Assembly (NCBI GenBank): GCA_049973735.1
Contig: JBMFJL010000018.1
Location: 1-9,476, forward strand
Direction: 5' to 3'
DNA length: 9,476 nt
Source of the DNA: Nanopusillaceae archaeon
Lineage (GTDB): Archaea; Nanobdellota; Nanobdellia; Nanobdellales; Nanobdellaceae
Made by a program: the position numbers and the translations under genes. The notes beneath the pieces were generated by a model, which was not told the DNA's origin, did not search any database, and was given only the letters and a program-made list of their open reading frames with translations. Every line of letters starts with the position of its first letter. Within the stretch, counting starts at the first letter, position 1. Below, piece after piece: positions 6,947-9,476 of the stretch.

Positions 6947-7508
6947 TATAAATGATAAAGTATTTGATATAATAATTTTTGGTTCTATTACTCGAGGAAA
7001 AGAAAATCCGAACGACATAGATATATTAATAATATTTAAGAAACTTGATATAAACTTAATAAATACCTTATCTTCTAATAAAGATTACAATTTTCATATT
7101 CAATATATGACCATTTATGATTTATATTCATTAAGTAGCTTATTACCTGAAATCTTGGCTGAAGGCATATCTGTAAAATATGGAAAACCTCTTAGAGAAA
7201 TACTAAATTTTAAAGCATATAAATTATATGAAATAAAGGATGTTATTCTATTAAAAGATTCAAATGCTAGTAAAACTTCATTTTATTATTTTTTATTCGG
7301 AATAAAGCATAGAAATAAAATTGGATTGATAAAAGAACTAAATGGAGAAGTAATAAGAAGAAACCCCTATATTATAAAGATACCAATAGAAAATTCTGAA
7401 ACATTCAAAAAAAGATTAGAGATATTTAGCAAGTTAAAAAGAATAAAGATAAAATTAGAAGAAAAAACAATTATTGAAGGAAGAAATATCTACTATGAAT
7501 ATCAATAA
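6909..7508 (+). CDS. Minimal (Pol-beta superfamily, MNT-type) nucleotidyltransferase with a roughly 100-aa C-terminal extension
   Basis: FDIIIFGSITRGKENPNDIDILIIF is the GS-x(n)-DxD NTase signature. ILAEGISVKYGKP matches the usual end of the MNT core. The ORF-track start at 6903 is TTG, so I prefer the ATG at 6909. The 3' end overlaps cas4. Confidence 0.8.
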   Translation: MNLKNLLNYLKSNINDKVFDIIIFGSITRGKENPNDIDILIIFKKLDINLINTLSSNKDYNFHIQYMTIYDLYSLSSLLPEILAEGISVKYGKPLREILNFKAYKLYEIKDVILLKDSNASKTSFYYFLFGIKHRNKIGLIKELNGEVIRRNPYIIKIPIENSETFKKRLEIFSKLKRIKIKLEEKTIIEGRNIYYEYQ

Positions 7509-8007
7509 TATACAAGGGTTAAAGATATTGTATTATTTTATATGCAAAAGGAGATTGTGGTTTCTATCTAGAAAAATTAATATGGAACATGAATCTGAAT
7601 TAGTTGCAATAGGTAAATATATTGAACTATTCTATAAAGAAGAACATAAGTATGAGAAAAAAGTAATAATAAATGATATTTCTCCTGATGTATTAAAAAG
7701 AACGAAAGAATTTGTAATAGTATATGAAATTAAGAAATCTTCAAAATTAGAAGAAGCAGCAATATGGCAATTAAAATATTACTTATACTATTTACAAAAT
7801 CTAGGAATTAAGGCAAAAGGAAAGTTGATAATTCCAGAAGAGAATAAAGCAGAATATATAGAGATATCTGAAGAAGATATTAAGAAAATTAAAGAGGTCA
7901 TCAAAGATATAAAAAATATTATAAACTTAGATAAACCACCTAAACAAATTAAAAAACCATATTGCGAAACTTGTTCATACAAAATGATGTGTTGGAATAC
8001 ATACTAA
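7495..8007 (+). CDS. cas4: Cas4 RecB-like nuclease with a 4-Cys Fe-S cluster
   Basis: N-terminal YYFICKRRLWFL (the CxRxxW motif), ISPDV...VYEIKKS (D...ExK nuclease motifs), WQLKYYLYYL (QxxxY), C-terminal CETCSYKMMC (CxxCx5C). The ORF-track start at 7474 is TTG. The ATG at 7495 gives a typical Cas4 N-terminus, with a purine-rich AAGGAAG about 13 nt upstream. Confidence 0.88.
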   Translation: MNINNIQGLKILYYFICKRRLWFLSRKINMEHESELVAIGKYIELFYKEEHKYEKKVIINDISPDVLKRTKEFVIVYEIKKSSKLEEAAIWQLKYYLYYLQNLGIKAKGKLIIPEENKAEYIEISEEDIKKIKEVIKDIKNIINLDKPPKQIKKPYCETCSYKMMCWNTY

Positions 8008-8044
8008 CCCTTAATAAATTTATTCTAAAAACAAATAGTCTATA

Positions 8045-8941
8045 ATGCGATTATTAATAAAGTTTGTTTCTTTACAGAATGCTAAGAGAGATGTTATAAA
8101 TAATTATGTTATCCAAGGATTTATATATAATAAACTTATTGGAACAGAATTTGAAAATATTCATGAAAATAAAGGGCCAAAATTCTTTAATTTCTCAAAT
8201 ATTTTTCCTGTAAAAGATTTTGAAATAGATAAAGAATATAGGTTAATAATATCTTCTCTAAATAAAAAATTAATTGAAGCTCTTTATAGAAAATTAAAAG
8301 AGGATAGAGAAATAAAGTTAGGTATTTTAGAATTTAAAATCAAAAGAATAAGAAAATTTGATTTAAAGTTAAAATTTCCTTGGGTAACTGCAACCCCAAT
8401 TATATTAAGAAAACATAAAGAGGTATATTTATATAATGGAAATAATGTATTAAAGATTAAATTAAAAAATCTTAATATTTTAAAAGAATTAGGATTTAAA
8501 AAGAAAAAAGAAAAAATAAATATAAAAAATCCACAGGAAATTTCGATAAAAGATTTAAAATATTTAGATAAAAGTTATAAAATAGTGAAAATAAAAGACA
8601 TTTATTATGATTTAGAGTCTAAAGATAATATATGGGATTTTCTGGATGATTTGAAATTAAACGGTTTGTTGAAATATAATTTATATACAGGTTATGAATT
8701 TAATCTAGAAGATTTACTATTTGAAGAAATACAATTTAGAAGATCTTTACCACTTAAGGTAAGATTAAAGAATAGAGGAGATATCATATTCGTAGGAAAT
8801 TTATTCAAAAAATTAAATATTTTTAGAAAATTAGATTCTTCAGAAAGAAAATTCTATAAATTTTTAATGGATGTTGGTTTAGGATCTTTAAATTCTTTGG
8901 GTTTTGGGTTTATAAATCCAGTAAAAGATAAAAATCTATAA
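8045..8941 (+). CDS. cas6: Cas6 crRNA-processing endoribonuclease
   Basis: 298 aa. N-terminal MRLLIKF...YVIQGFIYNKL, then IHENKGPKFFNFSNIFP (the His...F.FS.l motif), then the C-terminal glycine-rich loop GLGSLNSLGFGFINPV. It is longer than typical Cas6 because of Lys-rich central segments. Confidence 0.85.
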   Translation: MRLLIKFVSLQNAKRDVINNYVIQGFIYNKLIGTEFENIHENKGPKFFNFSNIFPVKDFEIDKEYRLIISSLNKKLIEALYRKLKEDREIKLGILEFKIKRIRKFDLKLKFPWVTATPIILRKHKEVYLYNGNNVLKIKLKNLNILKELGFKKKKEKINIKNPQEISIKDLKYLDKSYKIVKIKDIYYDLESKDNIWDFLDDLKLNGLLKYNLYTGYEFNLEDLLFEEIQFRRSLPLKVRLKNRGDIIFVGNLFKKLNIFRKLDSSERKFYKFLMDVGLGSLNSLGFGFINPVKDKNL

Positions 8942-8945
8942 TCCA

Positions 8946-8976
8946 TTTTATTATTTTATTTTCTTATAAAAAGAAA
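8946..8976. terminator. T-rich tract plus a weak hairpin between convergent cas6 and the right-edge ORF
   Basis: TTTTATTATTTTATTTTCTT follows the cas6 stop on the plus strand. The minus strand reads TTTCTTTTT after the other stop. The 6-bp stem TTTCTT/AAGAAA (8960-8965/8971-8976) is very weak. Oligo-T runs are archaeal-type termination signals. Confidence 0.25.
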
Positions 8977-8982
8977 CCATAA

Positions 8983-9476
8983 CTATCCGGTTACATCTAC
9001 CTCATTATATTGGAATACTTCTTCGTATAAATAAGCATCTACTGGAGAATTATTAAAAGCTCTTAGTCCGTTTACATATATTACATTACACTTAGTTTCT
9101 ATATTAAAATTAGCACCTTCACCTAAAGGTATTATATGACAAGCTAAAATAGTAGTATCTGAGGGATTAAACTTATAATATGCATCTACAGCATCAATTA
9201 TAGTTAAATTATTATTTTCATATATTGCAGTTCTTAAATGTTCATTATCAAATATTACAAATATAGTAGCATTTTGAACAGGTATGGATGGACATACTGT
9301 TTGTCCATTCTCATATGTAATACAAGGCAAATATGCATTATAGTTAACCATATCGACAGCCTTCTTAATGTTAGTATATCTGCATAGTACAGGCATTGTG
9401 TCTGATAAATATATACCATCTATTTCTCCTTCTATAAAAGCTTTAGGTAATGGATCTAATCTATTCAATACAAATG
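8983..9476 (-). CDS. Hypothetical protein, probably truncated at its 5' end by the window edge
   Basis: The ORF-track start at 9468 is TTG and the frame stays open to the window edge (codons at 9469-9474 are sense). The protein is poor in Lys/Glu and rich in Asn/Val/Ala/Tyr/Thr, with 5 Cys. This differs from the K/E/I-rich Cas proteins. I recognise no motif. Confidence 0.5.
   Translation of the reverse strand, partial: FVLNRLDPLPKAFIEGEIDGIYLSDTMPVLCRYTNIKKAVDMVNYNAYLPCITYENGQTVCPSIPVQNATIFVIFDNEHLRTAIYENNNLTIIDAVDAYYKFNPSDTTILACHIIPLGEGANFNIETKCNVIYVNGLRAFNNSPVDAYLYEEVFQYNEVDVTG

Noticed and set aside
7788-7982. 64-aa minus-strand ORF inside cas4
   Set aside because: It is antisense to the well-supported cas4 reading frame, has the same shadow-ORF composition, and shows no start-site signals.
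8013-8024. Perfect 12-bp palindrome AATAAATTTATT between cas4 and cas6
   Set aside because: It is pure A/T and short, so it is expected by chance in this composition. It overlaps the TATA-like stretch upstream of cas6 and is not reported as a separate element.
8460-8540. A-rich low-complexity stretch in cas6 (AAAAAGAAAAAAGAAAAAATAAATATAAAAAA) as a repeat element or slippery site
   Set aside because: It is in frame and encodes a Lys-rich linker (KKKKEKINIKN), consistent with the AT-biased coding seen throughout. There is no evidence of a frameshift.
8960-8976. Hairpin TTTCTT-ATAAA-AAGAAA as a Rho-independent terminator
   Set aside because: The stem is only 6 bp with a single G:C pair, too weak for a confident bacterial intrinsic terminator. 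Only the T-rich tract is retained, as a low-confidence termination signal.
1-9476. Search for a CRISPR array (regularly spaced 24-37 bp repeats), tRNA or rRNA genes, and transposase or integrase ORFs
   Set aside because: I could not see any by eye. All long ORFs are accounted for by cas genes, the HEPN-like/NTase pair and one hypothetical ORF, and the intergenic space is very small.

Overview
Very AT-rich window (by eye about three quarters A+T; not counted) that is almost entirely a CRISPR-associated (cas) gene island. No CRISPR array is in view. The minus-strand effector operon is cas8-like large subunit (5124-6455) > cas7 (4175-5158) > cas5 (3453-4178) > cas3 HD-helicase fusion (1034-3472), and every junction overlaps. 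A 137-bp intergenic region (6456-6592) separates it from a divergent plus-strand unit: HEPN-like helical protein (6593-6946) > minimal nucleotidyltransferase with a roughly 100-aa C-terminal extension (6909-7508) > cas4 (7495-8007) > cas6 (8045-8941). cas1 sits at the left edge on the plus strand and converges on cas3 with overlapping stop codons. It is split into two ORFs (2-370 and 387-1037) by a 67-bp insertion made of a perfect 27-bp direct repeat flanking 40 bp of other sequence. The gene content fits a type I-B-like system near the I-A/I-B border: fused HD-Cas3, Csa2/Cst2/DevR-type Cas7, Cas5, no separate cas11, stand-alone cas4 and cas6. cas2 is not in the window. A compositionally different, edge-truncated ORF (8983-9476, minus) marks the right border. 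Shine-Dalgarno motifs are mostly absent, and TATA-like boxes lie about 25-28 nt upstream of the first ATG of each unit. This hints at an archaeal host with leaderless transcripts, which is inference only. The main points worth a second look are the repeat-spacer-repeat-shaped disruption of cas1, the HEPN-like/NTase pair wired into the cas4-cas6 unit with a possibly Cas2-like NTase tail, a candidate internal cas11 start inside cas8, and a centred 11-bp inverted repeat in the divergent promoter.
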